DNA of 64,000 nt from an uncultured Acidobacteriota bacterium (GCA_963720545.1 OY970399.1:2816001-2880000), one strand, 5' to 3'. Positions 1 to 10,027 are shown, counted from the first letter of the stretch. Made by a program: numbers and translations. Notes: generated by a model from the letters alone, not told the origin.

Positions 1-93
1 CTCGGCGGCGCGCACGTGGTGCGCGTGCACGACGTCGCCGCCATGATCCAGGTCGCGCGGGTCTGCGACGCGATTGCAGGTGGACTAGGATAG
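1..93 (+). CDS. folP: Dihydropteroate synthase, C-terminal fragment (truncated by window start)
   Basis: Frame 1 reads LGGAHVVRVHDVAAMIQVARVCDAIAGGLG*. RVHDV is the FolP C-terminal motif, and folP-cdaA synteny is common. Confidence 0.85.
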   Translation, partial: LGGAHVVRVHDVAAMIQVARVCDAIAGGLG

Positions 94-107
94 CGGCGGG
101 GGGAACA

Positions 108-932
108 GTGTTCGTCGACCACATCTTCACGACACTGCGGGCCATCGACGTTTCGTGGCTCGACCTCATCGACGTGCTGGTGGTCGCGTTCATCGTCTAC
201 CAGGTGCTGCAGCTGGTGCGCGGCACGCAGGTGGTGCAGATGGCGCTCGGCGGCTTCCTGCTGGCGATGCTCTACTGGGCGTCCAAGGCGTTCGACCTGC
301 AGACCGTCAACTGGCTGATCCGCACCTTCGTGCCGTACGTCGCCTTCGGCTTGATCGTGGTGTTCCAGTCGGAGATCCGGCGCATGCTGGCGCACCTCGG
401 CACCGGCCCGATCCGCGGCCTCGGTTCGCCGCGCCGCGCGGCCGCCGTGGACGAAGTGGTGCTGGCGGCCGCGCGCCTCAGCGCGCAGCGCACCGGCGCC
501 CTCATCGTCTTCGAGCGCAACATGGGCCTGCGCAGCTACATCGACACCGGCATCGGCCTCGACGCGCTCGTCACTTACGACCTGATCGTCAACATCTTCA
601 ACCCCGGCACGCCGCTGCACGACGGCGCCGTGATCGTGCAGTCGAACCGCATCGCCGCGGCCGCCTGCTTCCTGCCGCTCACCGTCAACCCCGAGCTGTC
701 GCGCACTCTCGGCAGCCGCCACCGCGCCGCCATCGGCGTCACCGAGGACACGGACGCCGCCGCGGTGGTGGTGTCGGAGGAGACGGGCGCCATTTCGCTC
801 GTCGAAGGCGGTCGCATCCGCAGCGGCCTCGACGGCGCCGCGCTGAAGGCCGGGCTGCGCGGGCTGCTCGAACCGGAAGCCTCGCGGCAGGGCGAGGTGC
901 CGGCGCCCGAGAACGCAGCGGCGCGGCCTTGA
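108..932 (+). CDS. cdaA: Diadenylate cyclase (c-di-AMP synthase), membrane-bound CdaA/DacA type
   Basis: Three N-terminal TM helices, then DAC motifs TPLHDGAV and GSRHRAAIG, plus VSEETG. Confidence 0.95.
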   Translation: MFVDHIFTTLRAIDVSWLDLIDVLVVAFIVYQVLQLVRGTQVVQMALGGFLLAMLYWASKAFDLQTVNWLIRTFVPYVAFGLIVVFQSEIRRMLAHLGTGPIRGLGSPRRAAAVDEVVLAAARLSAQRTGALIVFERNMGLRSYIDTGIGLDALVTYDLIVNIFNPGTPLHDGAVIVQSNRIAAAACFLPLTVNPELSRTLGSRHRAAIGVTEDTDAAAVVVSEETGAISLVEGGRIRSGLDGAALKAGLRGLLEPEASRQGEVPAPENAAARP

Positions 933-1831
933 AGCAGCTGCAGAATTCCCGCTGGCTGAAGTTCCTGAGCCTGTTGCTGGCCCTGGTCTTGTGGTTCGTG
1001 ATCGCCGGCGAGAAGACTTCGGAGCGCGGCTTCGCGGTGCCGGTCGAGTTCAGCAACCTGCCGCGCGACCTCGAGGTCGTTTCCGGCAGCCTCAACGCCG
1101 TGGACGTACGGCTGCGCGCTTCGCCGAGCGTCATGGCGCAGCTCGGTGCGCTCAACGTTTCGGCGCAGGTGGACCTCGCCGGCGCCAGCGAGGGCGAGCA
1201 CATCGTGCACCTGACGCCCGGCACCATCCGCGTGCCGTTCGGCGTGCGCGTCGTCAAGGTGCACCCGTCGCTCCTCAACCTGCGCCTCGAGCGCACCATC
1301 GAGCGCGAGGTGCCGGTGCGGCCGCGCATCGTCGGCACGCCGGCCCCGGGCCACGAGGTCACGGGGGTGGTGGCGTCGCCCCCGGCCGTGAAGATCGCCG
1401 GCCCGCGCAGCCACGTCGACCAGCTGCCGACGGTGTTCACCGAGCCGGTCGACGTCTCCGGCCTCGAAACCAACCGCGTGGTGCCCGACGTGAGCATCGG
1501 CTTCGACGATCCGGTGTTGCACGTCGAGGGCATCTCGAAGGTCACCGTGACCGCGCAGATCGGCGCGGCGCGCGCCGAGCGCACCTTCGACGGCCTGCGA
1601 CTCGAGGTGCGCGGCGGCACCGCGATGCTGACGCCGGCCTCGGTGCAGGTGGTGGTGCGCGGCCCGGCGCAGCTGTTGCGCGGCATGGCGCCCGAAGCGG
1701 TGCACGCCTACGTGGACGCGGCACAACTCTCGGGCACCGCGCGGCTGCCGGTGGCCGTGGAATTTGCACCCGGCAACACCGGTGTCGAGGTGGCGCGCCT
1801 GCTGCCCGACACGGTGGTGGCGCGCCGCTAG
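929..1831 (+). CDS. cdaR: CdaR/YbbR-like regulator of diadenylate cyclase
   Basis: TTG at 929 overlaps the cdaA stop. WLKFLSLLLALVLWFVI anchor followed by repeated YbbR-like beta domains. Lies between cdaA and glmM. Confidence 0.88.
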   Translation: MKQLQNSRWLKFLSLLLALVLWFVIAGEKTSERGFAVPVEFSNLPRDLEVVSGSLNAVDVRLRASPSVMAQLGALNVSAQVDLAGASEGEHIVHLTPGTIRVPFGVRVVKVHPSLLNLRLERTIEREVPVRPRIVGTPAPGHEVTGVVASPPAVKIAGPRSHVDQLPTVFTEPVDVSGLETNRVVPDVSIGFDDPVLHVEGISKVTVTAQIGAARAERTFDGLRLEVRGGTAMLTPASVQVVVRGPAQLLRGMAPEAVHAYVDAAQLSGTARLPVAVEFAPGNTGVEVARLLPDTVVARR

Positions 1832-1873
1832 GCCAGGAGCGAGAGTTTGGATGAAGATGGGCGACACACAACG

Positions 1874-3262
1874 ATGACCACGACCGCCAGGGACAAGAAC
1901 CGCAGGTTGTTCGGCACCGACGGCGTGCGCGGGCTGGCGAACCAGCACCCGATGACGCCGGAGATAGCGCTGCAGCTGGGCCGCGCGGTGACGCTGGTCG
2001 CCGGCCGCGGCAAGAAGCACCAGCCGCGCATCCTGGTGGGCAAGGACACGCGCCTCTCGGGCTACATGATCGAGACCGCGCTCGCCGCCGGCATCTGCTC
2101 GATGGGCGGCCGCTTCCTGCAGTGCGGCCCAATCCCGACGCCCGCGGTGGCACACCTCACCATGAACATGCGCGCCGACGCCGGCATCGTCATCAGCGCC
2201 TCGCACAATCCCTACGACGACAACGGCATCAAGATCTTCGGCGCCGACGGCTTCAAGCTGCCCGACGAAGCCGAGATGGAGATCGAGTCGCTGATGCAGG
2301 ACCCGCGGCTCCTCGACCACTGCCGCACCGGCCGCGAGATCGGCACCGCCTTCAAGCTCGAGGACGCGCGCGGCCGCTACGTGGTGTTTGCCAAGAACAC
2401 TTTTCCCAAGGACCTGTCGTTGGACGGCGTGCGGCTGGTGGTCGATGCCGCCCACGGCGCCGCCTACAAGGTCGCGCCGCTCGTGTTCCAGGAGCTGGGG
2501 GCGAAGGTCACGGCGCTGGGCGTGAAGCCGAACGGCGTCAACATCAACCGCGGCGTCGGCGCGCTGCATCCCGAGAACGTCCGCCAGGACGTGGTGAAGC
2601 GCGGCGCCGCCATCGGCATCGCCCTGGACGGCGACGCCGACCGTGTCATCGTGGTGGACGAAAAGGGCGAGGTGGTGGATGGCGACGCGGTGATGGCGAT
2701 GTGCGCGCAGCGCATGATCCTCGACCGCGAGCTGCGCAACGCCACCGTGGTCGCGACCGTGATGAGCAACATCGGCCTCGAGCGCGCGCTGCACAAGCAC
2801 GGCGCGAAGCTGCTGCGCACGCCGGTCGGCGACCGCTACGTGGTCGAGGCGATGCGCAAGGGCGGCTTCAACCTGGGCGGCGAGCAGTCGGGCCACCTGG
2901 TGTTCCTCGACCATGCCTCGACCGGCGACGGCATCATCGGCGCCCTCCAGGTGCTGGCCCTGATGATGCGCACCGGCCGGCCGCTTTCCGAGCTGAGCCG
3001 CGACGCCATGGAGCGTGTGCCGCAGGTGCTCGAGAACGTGAACCTCCCGGCGCGCAAGCCGCTCGAGGAGATGCCGGCGCTGCGCCGCGCGGCCGGCGAA
3101 GTGGAAAAGACCCTCGGCAGCGAGGGCCGCGTGCTGGTGCGCTGGAGCGGCACCGAAGCCAAGCTGCGCATCATGATCGAGGGCCCGGACCTGGCGCGCA
3201 TCGAGGGCTGGGCGCAGGACCTGGCCGCCGCCGCCCGCCGCGACCTTGGCGGTTTGGTATGA
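1874..3262 (+). CDS. glmM: Phosphoglucosamine mutase
   Basis: LFGTDGVRG, ISASHNP, DGDADR and GGEQSGH motifs. Start could also be 1847. Confidence 0.96.
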   Translation: MTTTARDKNRRLFGTDGVRGLANQHPMTPEIALQLGRAVTLVAGRGKKHQPRILVGKDTRLSGYMIETALAAGICSMGGRFLQCGPIPTPAVAHLTMNMRADAGIVISASHNPYDDNGIKIFGADGFKLPDEAEMEIESLMQDPRLLDHCRTGREIGTAFKLEDARGRYVVFAKNTFPKDLSLDGVRLVVDAAHGAAYKVAPLVFQELGAKVTALGVKPNGVNINRGVGALHPENVRQDVVKRGAAIGIALDGDADRVIVVDEKGEVVDGDAVMAMCAQRMILDRELRNATVVATVMSNIGLERALHKHGAKLLRTPVGDRYVVEAMRKGGFNLGGEQSGHLVFLDHASTGDGIIGALQVLALMMRTGRPLSELSRDAMERVPQVLENVNLPARKPLEEMPALRRAAGEVEKTLGSEGRVLVRWSGTEAKLRIMIEGPDLARIEGWAQDLAAAARRDLGGLV

Positions 3263-3290
3263 TGCCGGCCCGTCCTCCGGAGCAAGATAT

Positions 3291-3752
3291 TTGAACAGTG
3301 CGCGGTTCGAAGACCTGTCTGCTTTCGTCCTGCGCCTGGCCGGACTGGGGCTCGCTTTCTTCCACGGCCTCGGCAAGGTCCAGGCGCTCGCGAGCGGCGG
3401 CGGCGGGCGCTTCATCGAGAGCGTCGCCAGCATGGGCTTCCCGCTGCCCGCGGTCTTCGCCTGGGCCGCGGCCGCGTCGGAGTTCGTCGGCGGCCTGTGC
3501 GTGGCCTTCGGCATTCGCACGCGCGTTGCCGCGGCCTTCGCCGCAACCACCATGCTGGTCGCCGCATTCGGCCAGCACCGTACCCACTGGCAGGTGCTGC
3601 ACCTGCTGCGCGTCGACACCGAACCCGAAGCGGTCCGGGCCGCGTGGGGCTCGCCGGAGAAGGCGCTCTTGTACGCCGCCATCTTCATCGCCCTCGTCGG
3701 CCTCGGTGGCGGACGCTATTCACTGGACCGCCTCTTTGGACGGAAGGGCTGA
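3291..3752 (+). CDS. DoxX family membrane protein
   Basis: LR..G....FHG.GK, SEFVGGL...G..TR.AA and C-terminal GGGRYSLD pattern. Start uncertain (ORF opens at 3246). Confidence 0.85.
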   Translation: MNSARFEDLSAFVLRLAGLGLAFFHGLGKVQALASGGGGRFIESVASMGFPLPAVFAWAAAASEFVGGLCVAFGIRTRVAAAFAATTMLVAAFGQHRTHWQVLHLLRVDTEPEAVRAAWGSPEKALLYAAIFIALVGLGGGRYSLDRLFGRKG

Positions 3753-4510
3753 TGGAAGTCTCCGGAAAAACCGACGTCGGCCTGCGCCGCAAGCTGAACG
3801 AGGACCAGTTCCTGTTCGACGCGGACACCAGGCTTCTGGCCGTGTGCGACGGCATGGGCGGTCACAACGCTGGCGAGGTGGCCTCGCGCATCGCCATCGA
3901 AGCGCTCGCGTCGTTCATCGAACGCAGCCACAAGGAGAAGGAGATCACCTGGCCCTACGGCCTCGATCCGGCGCTCTCCTTCGACGGCAACCGCGTGCGC
4001 ACCGCCATCCAGCTCGCCAACAAGAAGGTGTACAAGGCCGCGGACAACCGCGAGGAATACACCGGCATGGGCACGACCGTGGTGGCGGCGATCGTCACCG
4101 AGAGCACCGTGACCGTGGGCTCCGCGGGCGACAGCCGCTGCTACGTCTTCCATGACGGCGAGCTGCGGCAGATCACCCGCGACGATTCGTGGGTGGCGGC
4201 GGCGGGCGCCGACGGCATCCTGAGCCCCGCGGAACTGGCGCGGCATCCGCTGCGCAACGTCATCACCAAGGCGATCGGCGCCAAGGACCAGATCGACATC
4301 GACATCGTCGAGCAGGACCTCGAGCCGGGCGACACCGTGCTGCTCTGCTCCGACGGACTGCACGCGATGATCGCCGACACCGCCATCACCGAAATCATGG
4401 CGCAGGCCGGCACGGTCGACGAGATCGCGGCCCGGCTGGTGGAAGCCGCCAACAGCGCCGGCGGCAAGGACAACATCACCGTGGTCCTGGCACGGGTCGA
4501 GGCGGTCTAG
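3752..4510 (+). CDS. PP2C-type (Stp1/PrpC-like) Ser/Thr protein phosphatase
   Basis: TDVGLRRKLNED, CDGMGGHNAGEVAS, GMGTT, GDSR, LLCSDGL and GGKDNIT motifs. Confidence 0.95.
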   Translation: MEVSGKTDVGLRRKLNEDQFLFDADTRLLAVCDGMGGHNAGEVASRIAIEALASFIERSHKEKEITWPYGLDPALSFDGNRVRTAIQLANKKVYKAADNREEYTGMGTTVVAAIVTESTVTVGSAGDSRCYVFHDGELRQITRDDSWVAAAGADGILSPAELARHPLRNVITKAIGAKDQIDIDIVEQDLEPGDTVLLCSDGLHAMIADTAITEIMAQAGTVDEIAARLVEAANSAGGKDNITVVLARVEAV

Positions 4511-4512
4511 AA

Positions 4513-5724
4513 CTGAATCGCCTCGGCCGCTACGAGATCTCCGGCAAGCTCGGCGAAGGCGCCATGGGCGTCGTCTACCGCGCCCGCGACATGAATCTCG
4601 GCCGGGTGGTGGCGCTCAAGACGCTGTCCGCCGACCTCGACGTCGACGAGCTCATCCAGAAGCGCTTCATCCGCGAGGCCGAAGCCATCGGCCGCCTCAG
4701 CCATCCCAACATCGTCGCGGTCTACGACCTTGGCAACGTCGAGGGCCGGCTGTTCATGGCGATGGAGCTGCTCGACGGCCGCGACCTGCGCCAGATCCTC
4801 GCCAGCCGGCCGCTGCCGCCGCTCGCCGAGCGGCTGCGCATCCTCATCGGCATCGCCGACGGTGTCGGTTATGCGCACTCGCGCGGCGTCGTGCACCGCG
4901 ACCTCAAGCCCGCGAACATCATCGTCACCGCCGCGGGCGCCGTGAAGATCCTCGACTTCGGCCTGGCGCGGGTGGCGGCGAGTGCCACCATCACGCGCCG
5001 CGGCATGATCATGGGCACGCCCGACTACATGTCGCCCGAGCAGGCCAGCGGCAAGGAGCTCGACCACCGCACCGACGTGTTCTCGTGCGGCTCGGTGTTC
5101 TACGAGCTCTTGACCGGCCAGAAGCCATTCAAGGGCGCAACCCTGCATTCGGTGCTGTTCCAGATCCTCGGCGACGAACCGCCGCCGCTCATCAGCCTCG
5201 AGCCTGCGGTGCCGGCGGCGCTCGCGATCCTGGTGGCCGACATGCAGCGCAAGGACCCGGCGGCCCGGCCGCAGTCGCTGCTCGAAGTGGGGGCGCGGCT
5301 GCGCCCGATCTACGCGCAGGTGCTGCGCCAGGCGCTGCCGGGCGGCGCCTTTTCCGCACGCGGCGCGAGCGAGGAAGACAGCCTGCGGCGGGTGCGCGAG
5401 CTGCTGGCGAAAGCCCGCGATTCGGCTGCCGGCGGCGACACGCGCGGCGCTCTCAACGCTGCCCACGAGGCGCTGTTCGTCGATCCCAACTCGACCGAAG
5501 CCGCCGAGGTCGCGTGGCGCACGGCCGAGGCCCGCGGTTCGGCGCGCGGCCAAGCCAAGGACCTGATGCACCCGGAGCGGCTGTCCGGGCTGGCGCAGGA
5601 CGCGGCCGTGGACCGCAACGACGACCGCAGCCGCGCGGCGGTGGAGCAGCTGGTGCTGCTGGCTCCGGACGAGCCGGCGGTCGAGGCGCTGCTGCGGGCG
5701 CGCGCCCAGCGCCGGCGTGTATAA
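4513..5724 (+). CDS. Cytoplasmic Hanks-type Ser/Thr protein kinase with helical C-terminal region
   Basis: LGEGAMGVVY, VALK, HRDLKPAN, DFGLA and GTPDYMSPEQ motifs. No canonical start between the phosphatase stop and the Gly-rich loop. CTG at 4513 is a tentative start. Confidence 0.92.
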   Translation: MNRLGRYEISGKLGEGAMGVVYRARDMNLGRVVALKTLSADLDVDELIQKRFIREAEAIGRLSHPNIVAVYDLGNVEGRLFMAMELLDGRDLRQILASRPLPPLAERLRILIGIADGVGYAHSRGVVHRDLKPANIIVTAAGAVKILDFGLARVAASATITRRGMIMGTPDYMSPEQASGKELDHRTDVFSCGSVFYELLTGQKPFKGATLHSVLFQILGDEPPPLISLEPAVPAALAILVADMQRKDPAARPQSLLEVGARLRPIYAQVLRQALPGGAFSARGASEEDSLRRVRELLAKARDSAAGGDTRGALNAAHEALFVDPNSTEAAEVAWRTAEARGSARGQAKDLMHPERLSGLAQDAAVDRNDDRSRAAVEQLVLLAPDEPAVEALLRARAQRRRV

Positions 5725-5743
5725 TTTCGAGCCCTGATATGGG

Positions 5744-6277
5744 TTGGAGGCTTTGGTGAACATGACGTCCATGATGGAAGACGAGAAGCCGTGGAAGGTC
5801 GACCTGGCGCGCAAGGCGGCGCTGCGCCGGGAGGCGGCCCTCGTCGAGGTAGAGGAGGCAATCAAGCAGACCGGATCGTTCGAGGAAGCGCTGCGCGTTT
5901 GCGTCGAGTCCCTGAAGAACAAGTTCGCGCGCTACGCGTCGGTGACCGCTTACGCGGCCGACGGCGAGGACCTCGCGATCCACGTTTCGATCGGACGTCC
6001 CGAGGGTCCGGAGCGCGTCTCGTCGAGCACCGGGCCGGTGGCGGAAGCCGCCAAGGGCCAGGGCGCCAGCATGTTCTCGACCGTCGACGGCGATTCCGCC
6101 TGGGCGACCATCGGCCTCAACACCGGCAGCGTGATGGTGGCTCCGGTGCGCACGCCCGCCGGGCTGTGGGCGATCATCGAGATCTGGAGCGACTTCCGCG
6201 ACGCCTTCACGCCCGCCGACCTCAGGCTTGCGAACCGCATCGCGGCGGCGCTGGCAGCGAAGACGCCGGCCGCCTGA
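5744..6277 (+). CDS. Stand-alone GAF-domain-like protein
   Basis: GPVAEAA...SVMVAPVR...WAIIEIWS...FTPADLRL resembles the GAF core. TATAAT at 5720-5725 upstream. Start may be 5756-5772. Confidence 0.65.
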   Translation: MEALVNMTSMMEDEKPWKVDLARKAALRREAALVEVEEAIKQTGSFEEALRVCVESLKNKFARYASVTAYAADGEDLAIHVSIGRPEGPERVSSSTGPVAEAAKGQGASMFSTVDGDSAWATIGLNTGSVMVAPVRTPAGLWAIIEIWSDFRDAFTPADLRLANRIAAALAAKTPAA

Positions 6278-6278
6278 C

Positions 6279-7181
6279 GTGAGCTCCGGCCGGAGCCTGC
6301 CAGCCGGGGTGGTCCCGCCGCTCGTCACCCCGTTCACGGCGACAGGCGACATCGACGAGCGCGCGTACCAGAAGAACTTCGAGACCTACGCCGCGCACGA
6401 CCTCGCCGGCTACCTGGTGCTGGGCTCGAACGGCGAGGCCACGAGCCTCGCCGAGGACGAGAAGCTCGCCCTCATCCGCCTGACGCGCAAGGCCGCCGGC
6501 ACGCGCACGGTGCTGGCCGGCACCGGCCTCGAGTCGACCCGGGCCACCATCGACTTCACCCGCAAGGCCGCCGACGCCGGCGCCGACATCGCGCTGGTGG
6601 TGACGCCGTTCTACTTCAAGGGGCAGATGACAGCCGCGGCCCTCACGGCCCACTACGCCGCGGTCGCCGAAGCCGCGCCGATCCCGGTGATGCTCTACAC
6701 CGTGCCGGTCTTCACCGGCATTGCGTTCCCGCCCGAGCTGATCGCAAGCGTTGGCGCCCACCGCAACGTCGTCGGCATGAAGGAATCGAGTGGCGACATG
6801 ACCCTGATGGCGCGCCTCACCGCGTCGGCACCGCCAACGTTCAAGGTGGCCTGCGGCAGCGCCACCGTCCTCTATCCGGCGCTCTGCATGGGTGCCCACG
6901 CCGGCATCATCGCCCTCGCCTGCTGCGCACCAGCCATCTCCGTGTCGCTGTTCAAAGCGTGGTCGGCCGGCAATCACGAACTGGCGCGCAAGATCCAGGC
7001 CGCAGTCACCCCGCTCGCAATCGCCGTCACGGGAACCTACGGCGTCGCCGGCCTGAAACGCGCCATGGACCTCGCCGGCATGCAGGGCGGCGCGGTCCGC
7101 TCCCCGCTCCTCCCCGCACAGCCCGACATCGACGCGGTCCTCCGCCGCCTCCTCGACGAAGCGAACGCAAGCAGCAGCTAG
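6279..7181 (+). CDS. Dihydrodipicolinate synthase family aldolase (HOGA-like)
   Basis: PPLVTPF, GSNGE, LYTVP and Schiff-base GMKESSGD motifs. GSNGE rather than the DapA GTTGE. Confidence 0.9.
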   Translation: MSSGRSLPAGVVPPLVTPFTATGDIDERAYQKNFETYAAHDLAGYLVLGSNGEATSLAEDEKLALIRLTRKAAGTRTVLAGTGLESTRATIDFTRKAADAGADIALVVTPFYFKGQMTAAALTAHYAAVAEAAPIPVMLYTVPVFTGIAFPPELIASVGAHRNVVGMKESSGDMTLMARLTASAPPTFKVACGSATVLYPALCMGAHAGIIALACCAPAISVSLFKAWSAGNHELARKIQAAVTPLAIAVTGTYGVAGLKRAMDLAGMQGGAVRSPLLPAQPDIDAVLRRLLDEANASSS

Positions 7182-7951
7182 GAGCTGTGCACTCCGCAGC
7201 GGCAAGCGCCGCTGTGGAAGCGGCCGTTGGCTTCGACCATGCCGGCCTTGCCGTACATGTCGTGAGGGCGCGCCCAGTCGGTGAGGGAGTGGTTCGGTCC
7301 GTTCTCGGCGCGGCCATTGGGCGTCATGTCGAAATACCGGTAAGGCCCCAGGAACTCCTCGCCGCCGCGGCCGAACGACGAGTAGGTGTGGAAGATCTCG
7401 CCATCCTCCTTGATGAACACGCTATCGCCGGAGAGGTCGGTCATCGGGATTTCTACGTAGCCGAAGTTGTAGAACACCGGACCTGCGGCGAGCCGTGCGG
7501 GCGTGAAGGAGACGTTGAAGTCGTAGTTGAAATCGGAGTCGAAGGAAGACACCCAGCGGATGTTCCAGCCCATGCGTTGGCGCACGGCTTCGATCTCGTC
7601 GAGCGGTGCCCGCGCGACCGCGACGTAGCTGAGGTCGTGATTCTCGAGGTGCACGAGCGAGCCGACGACGCTGTCCATCTCGAGCGAACAACCGACGCAC
7701 TGACCGACCTGGCCGGGCGCCATCATGAAGTGCTTGACGAACAGCTGGCTGCGGCCGTCGAACAGCTCGCCAAGCGAGACCTTGCCTTCCGGCGCGTCAA
7801 ACACGTATTCCTTGTCCACCCTGACCCACGGCAGCTCACGCCGCTGCGCGCTGATCCCATCGCGCTCACGCGTATACGCCTTCTCCCGCTGCAACAGCGC
7901 CTTGCGTTCCTGCAGCCACTCTTCCCGACTCGCCACCCTGTGCGACGTCAT
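7178..7951 (-). CDS. DUF899 thioredoxin-like family protein
   Basis: SREEWL.ERK.LL.REK...RRELPWV.V.K.Y, LFDGRSQL, CVGCS, and HTYSSFGRG. Strong RBS (GAAGGAGG) upstream. Confidence 0.9.
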   Translation of the reverse strand: MTSHRVASREEWLQERKALLQREKAYTRERDGISAQRRELPWVRVDKEYVFDAPEGKVSLGELFDGRSQLFVKHFMMAPGQVGQCVGCSLEMDSVVGSLVHLENHDLSYVAVARAPLDEIEAVRQRMGWNIRWVSSFDSDFNYDFNVSFTPARLAAGPVFYNFGYVEIPMTDLSGDSVFIKEDGEIFHTYSSFGRGGEEFLGPYRYFDMTPNGRAENGPNHSLTDWARPHDMYGKAGMVEANGRFHSGACRCGVHSS

Positions 7952-7987
7952 CGTTGTCGTTCCTCCTTCAACGTCCGTGCCTCGAAT

Positions 7988-8926
7988 CTAGCGCGTGAAC
8001 GGGCGGGCGGGGCTGCGCATGGTGGTGCGGGGGACGAGGACTCGCAGGGCCTTCGGGGCGAGGGAAATCTGCAACGGCGTGGTGCCTGAGGAGGGTTCGC
8101 CGTCGCGGTGAAACAACATCCCTGGTTCTTGGGCGTGGATGGTGAGCGACGGGACCTTGAAGCGGTGGTAGCGGCGCCAAGTGGAGATGGAGCGCGTGAA
8201 GAGGCGGTGGGCGTGGCTGGTGACGGCGAGGATGTTCAAGGCTTCGATTGCGACCACGTCGAGGAGGCCGTCGTCGAGTAAGGCGCCGGGTGCAATCACT
8301 GCTTCGGCACCGAACTGGGGGCCGTTGGCACACGTCACGAACAAGGCGCGGCCACTCCAGAGCGGCCTGCCTGATGCGTCGATCGCGTACTGCTTTGCGC
8401 GGTAGTTCCAGGCGACGGGGAAGCCGCGGCTGAAGTAGGAGGCGATGCCCCTGCGGCCGCCTTCGGCGCCGTGCGATTGGAAGGCCGCGCCGATCGCTGC
8501 GTCGAGGCCGGTGCCGGCCACGTTGAGGAAGGGGAGCGGCTCGGCGTCGCCCGCTTTTATGAGGCCGACGTCCATTGCGGGGCGCTCGGCGTCGCGTAAC
8601 GAGTCGACGGCGTGGCGGAAGGAGCGGATCGGGATGCGAAGTGCTCGGGCGAGGCCGTTGCCCGAGCCGAAGGGCAGGATGCCCAAGGCTGTTTGTGTGT
8701 TGATGAGGGCTTGCGCGGTCTCGTTGGCGGTGCCGTCGCCGCCGACCGAGAGGACGGTGTCGCACCCTGCGTCTATGGCTTTTAGCGCGAGTTCGCGGGC
8801 ATGGCCGGAGTGTTCGGTGTGCCAGAGCGGTACGGGTCCCCAGGGGTCCATGCCGGCCGCGAGTTCCTTCAGCGCCTTCGCCGCGCCGAAGCCGGCGCGC
8901 GGATTCACGATGGCGACGGCCTTCAC
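7988..8926 (-). CDS. Diacylglycerol/lipid kinase family protein (YegS/BmrU-like)
   Basis: IVNPRAG, GGDGTANE, PFGSGNGLAR, DDGLLDV and DGE motifs. Confidence 0.93.
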   Translation of the reverse strand: MKAVAIVNPRAGFGAAKALKELAAGMDPWGPVPLWHTEHSGHARELALKAIDAGCDTVLSVGGDGTANETAQALINTQTALGILPFGSGNGLARALRIPIRSFRHAVDSLRDAERPAMDVGLIKAGDAEPLPFLNVAGTGLDAAIGAAFQSHGAEGGRRGIASYFSRGFPVAWNYRAKQYAIDASGRPLWSGRALFVTCANGPQFGAEAVIAPGALLDDGLLDVVAIEALNILAVTSHAHRLFTRSISTWRRYHRFKVPSLTIHAQEPGMLFHRDGEPSSGTTPLQISLAPKALRVLVPRTTMRSPARPFTR

Positions 8927-8935
8927 CGTCTTCTC

Positions 8936-10024
8936 CTAGCGGGTCGAGAGCGCGCCGTCATAGACGCCGAGAGTCTCGTCCACCATGCGTTCGACAGAGA
9001 AGCTCGCGAGGAAGCGCTCGCGTCCGGCGGCGCCCCACTTCTTTCGCTGTTCCGGGCTGGCGCGTAGCACTTCGATGAGGCCGGCGGCGAGCTTCTCGGG
9101 GTCTTTCACAGGCACGAGGCGGCCGTTGACGCCGTCTATCACGACCTCGGGGATGCCGCCTGCCGCCGTAGCCACGATCGGCCGCGAGAAGCACATCGCA
9201 TCGAGCAGGCTGGTGCCGAGCCCTTCCTTCTGCGACGAGAGGCAGAAGGCGTCGAAATGCGGGATGAAGCGTTCGACGTCGGGACGAAAGCCGGCGAACA
9301 CCACCGCGGCGCCCAGGCCGAGCGCTTTGGCGCGCTCCTCGAGCTGCGGGCGCAACTGGCCCTCGCCGAACACCAGGACGCGGGCGCTCGGTTCCGCGGC
9401 CACCAGCCTCTGCGCCGCCACCAGCAGCGTCTCGTGGTCCTTCTGTTCTGTCAGCGCCGCGACGTTGCCAACCACGAAGTCGCGGTCGCCGATGCCGAAC
9501 ACCCGCAGATCGGCGCGCGTGCCCACCGCCGGACGGTCGGCGACGCCCTCATAGACGAGGTGTGTGTTGGCGCGTGGCAGGCCGCTCTCGGCGAGGATCT
9601 CGACGATGGCGCTGCTCACCGCGATCACCGCGTCGCACGCCGACAGCTTCATGCGCGAGAGGCTGCCGCGCAGCGGGTAGTCCACCCGGCGCGTGCCGAT
9701 GAGCGCGCCGTCGAAGCGCGACAGGCGCGCCGCCAGCACGCCGGCGGAGATGCCGTGCGGGTCGTGCAACTGCACCACGTCCGGGCCGTAGGCGCGCATC
9801 ACGCCGGCGAGCGCCGCCACCGATCGCGGCGACAGGTCGCCGCGGCCGAAAGCGAACGACTGGTGGTCGAGCGCTTCGGCGAGGAGGCGCGCCTCGAGCC
9901 GGCCGGCCGACGCGCAGGCGATGCGCACAGCATGGCCGCGGCTCAACTGGCCGCGCGCCGTGAGCCAGACCTGATTCTGCCCGCCCCGCCATTCGCGGGC
10001 GGTGTCGACGTGAAGGATTTTCAT
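8936..10024 (-). CDS. GT4 family glycosyltransferase
   Basis: HVDTAREWRGGQNQ and EGLGTSLLDAM...PIVATAAGGIPE motifs. Confidence 0.93.
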   Translation of the reverse strand: MKILHVDTAREWRGGQNQVWLTARGQLSRGHAVRIACASAGRLEARLLAEALDHQSFAFGRGDLSPRSVAALAGVMRAYGPDVVQLHDPHGISAGVLAARLSRFDGALIGTRRVDYPLRGSLSRMKLSACDAVIAVSSAIVEILAESGLPRANTHLVYEGVADRPAVGTRADLRVFGIGDRDFVVGNVAALTEQKDHETLLVAAQRLVAAEPSARVLVFGEGQLRPQLEERAKALGLGAAVVFAGFRPDVERFIPHFDAFCLSSQKEGLGTSLLDAMCFSRPIVATAAGGIPEVVIDGVNGRLVPVKDPEKLAAGLIEVLRASPEQRKKWGAAGRERFLASFSVERMVDETLGVYDGALSTR

Positions 10025-10027
10025 CCG

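Noticed and set aside
575..3688. 1037-aa minus-strand ORF and similar long antisense or alternative-frame ORFs (for example 18535-20859, 28556-30895, 55382-57229)
   Set aside because: Shadow ORFs typical of high-GC DNA, lying opposite well-supported genes.
6279..7181. Assignment as dapA
   Set aside because: It has GSNGE and YTVP rather than GTTGE and YNVPGRT, and no lysine-pathway neighbours, so it is left as a family-level call.
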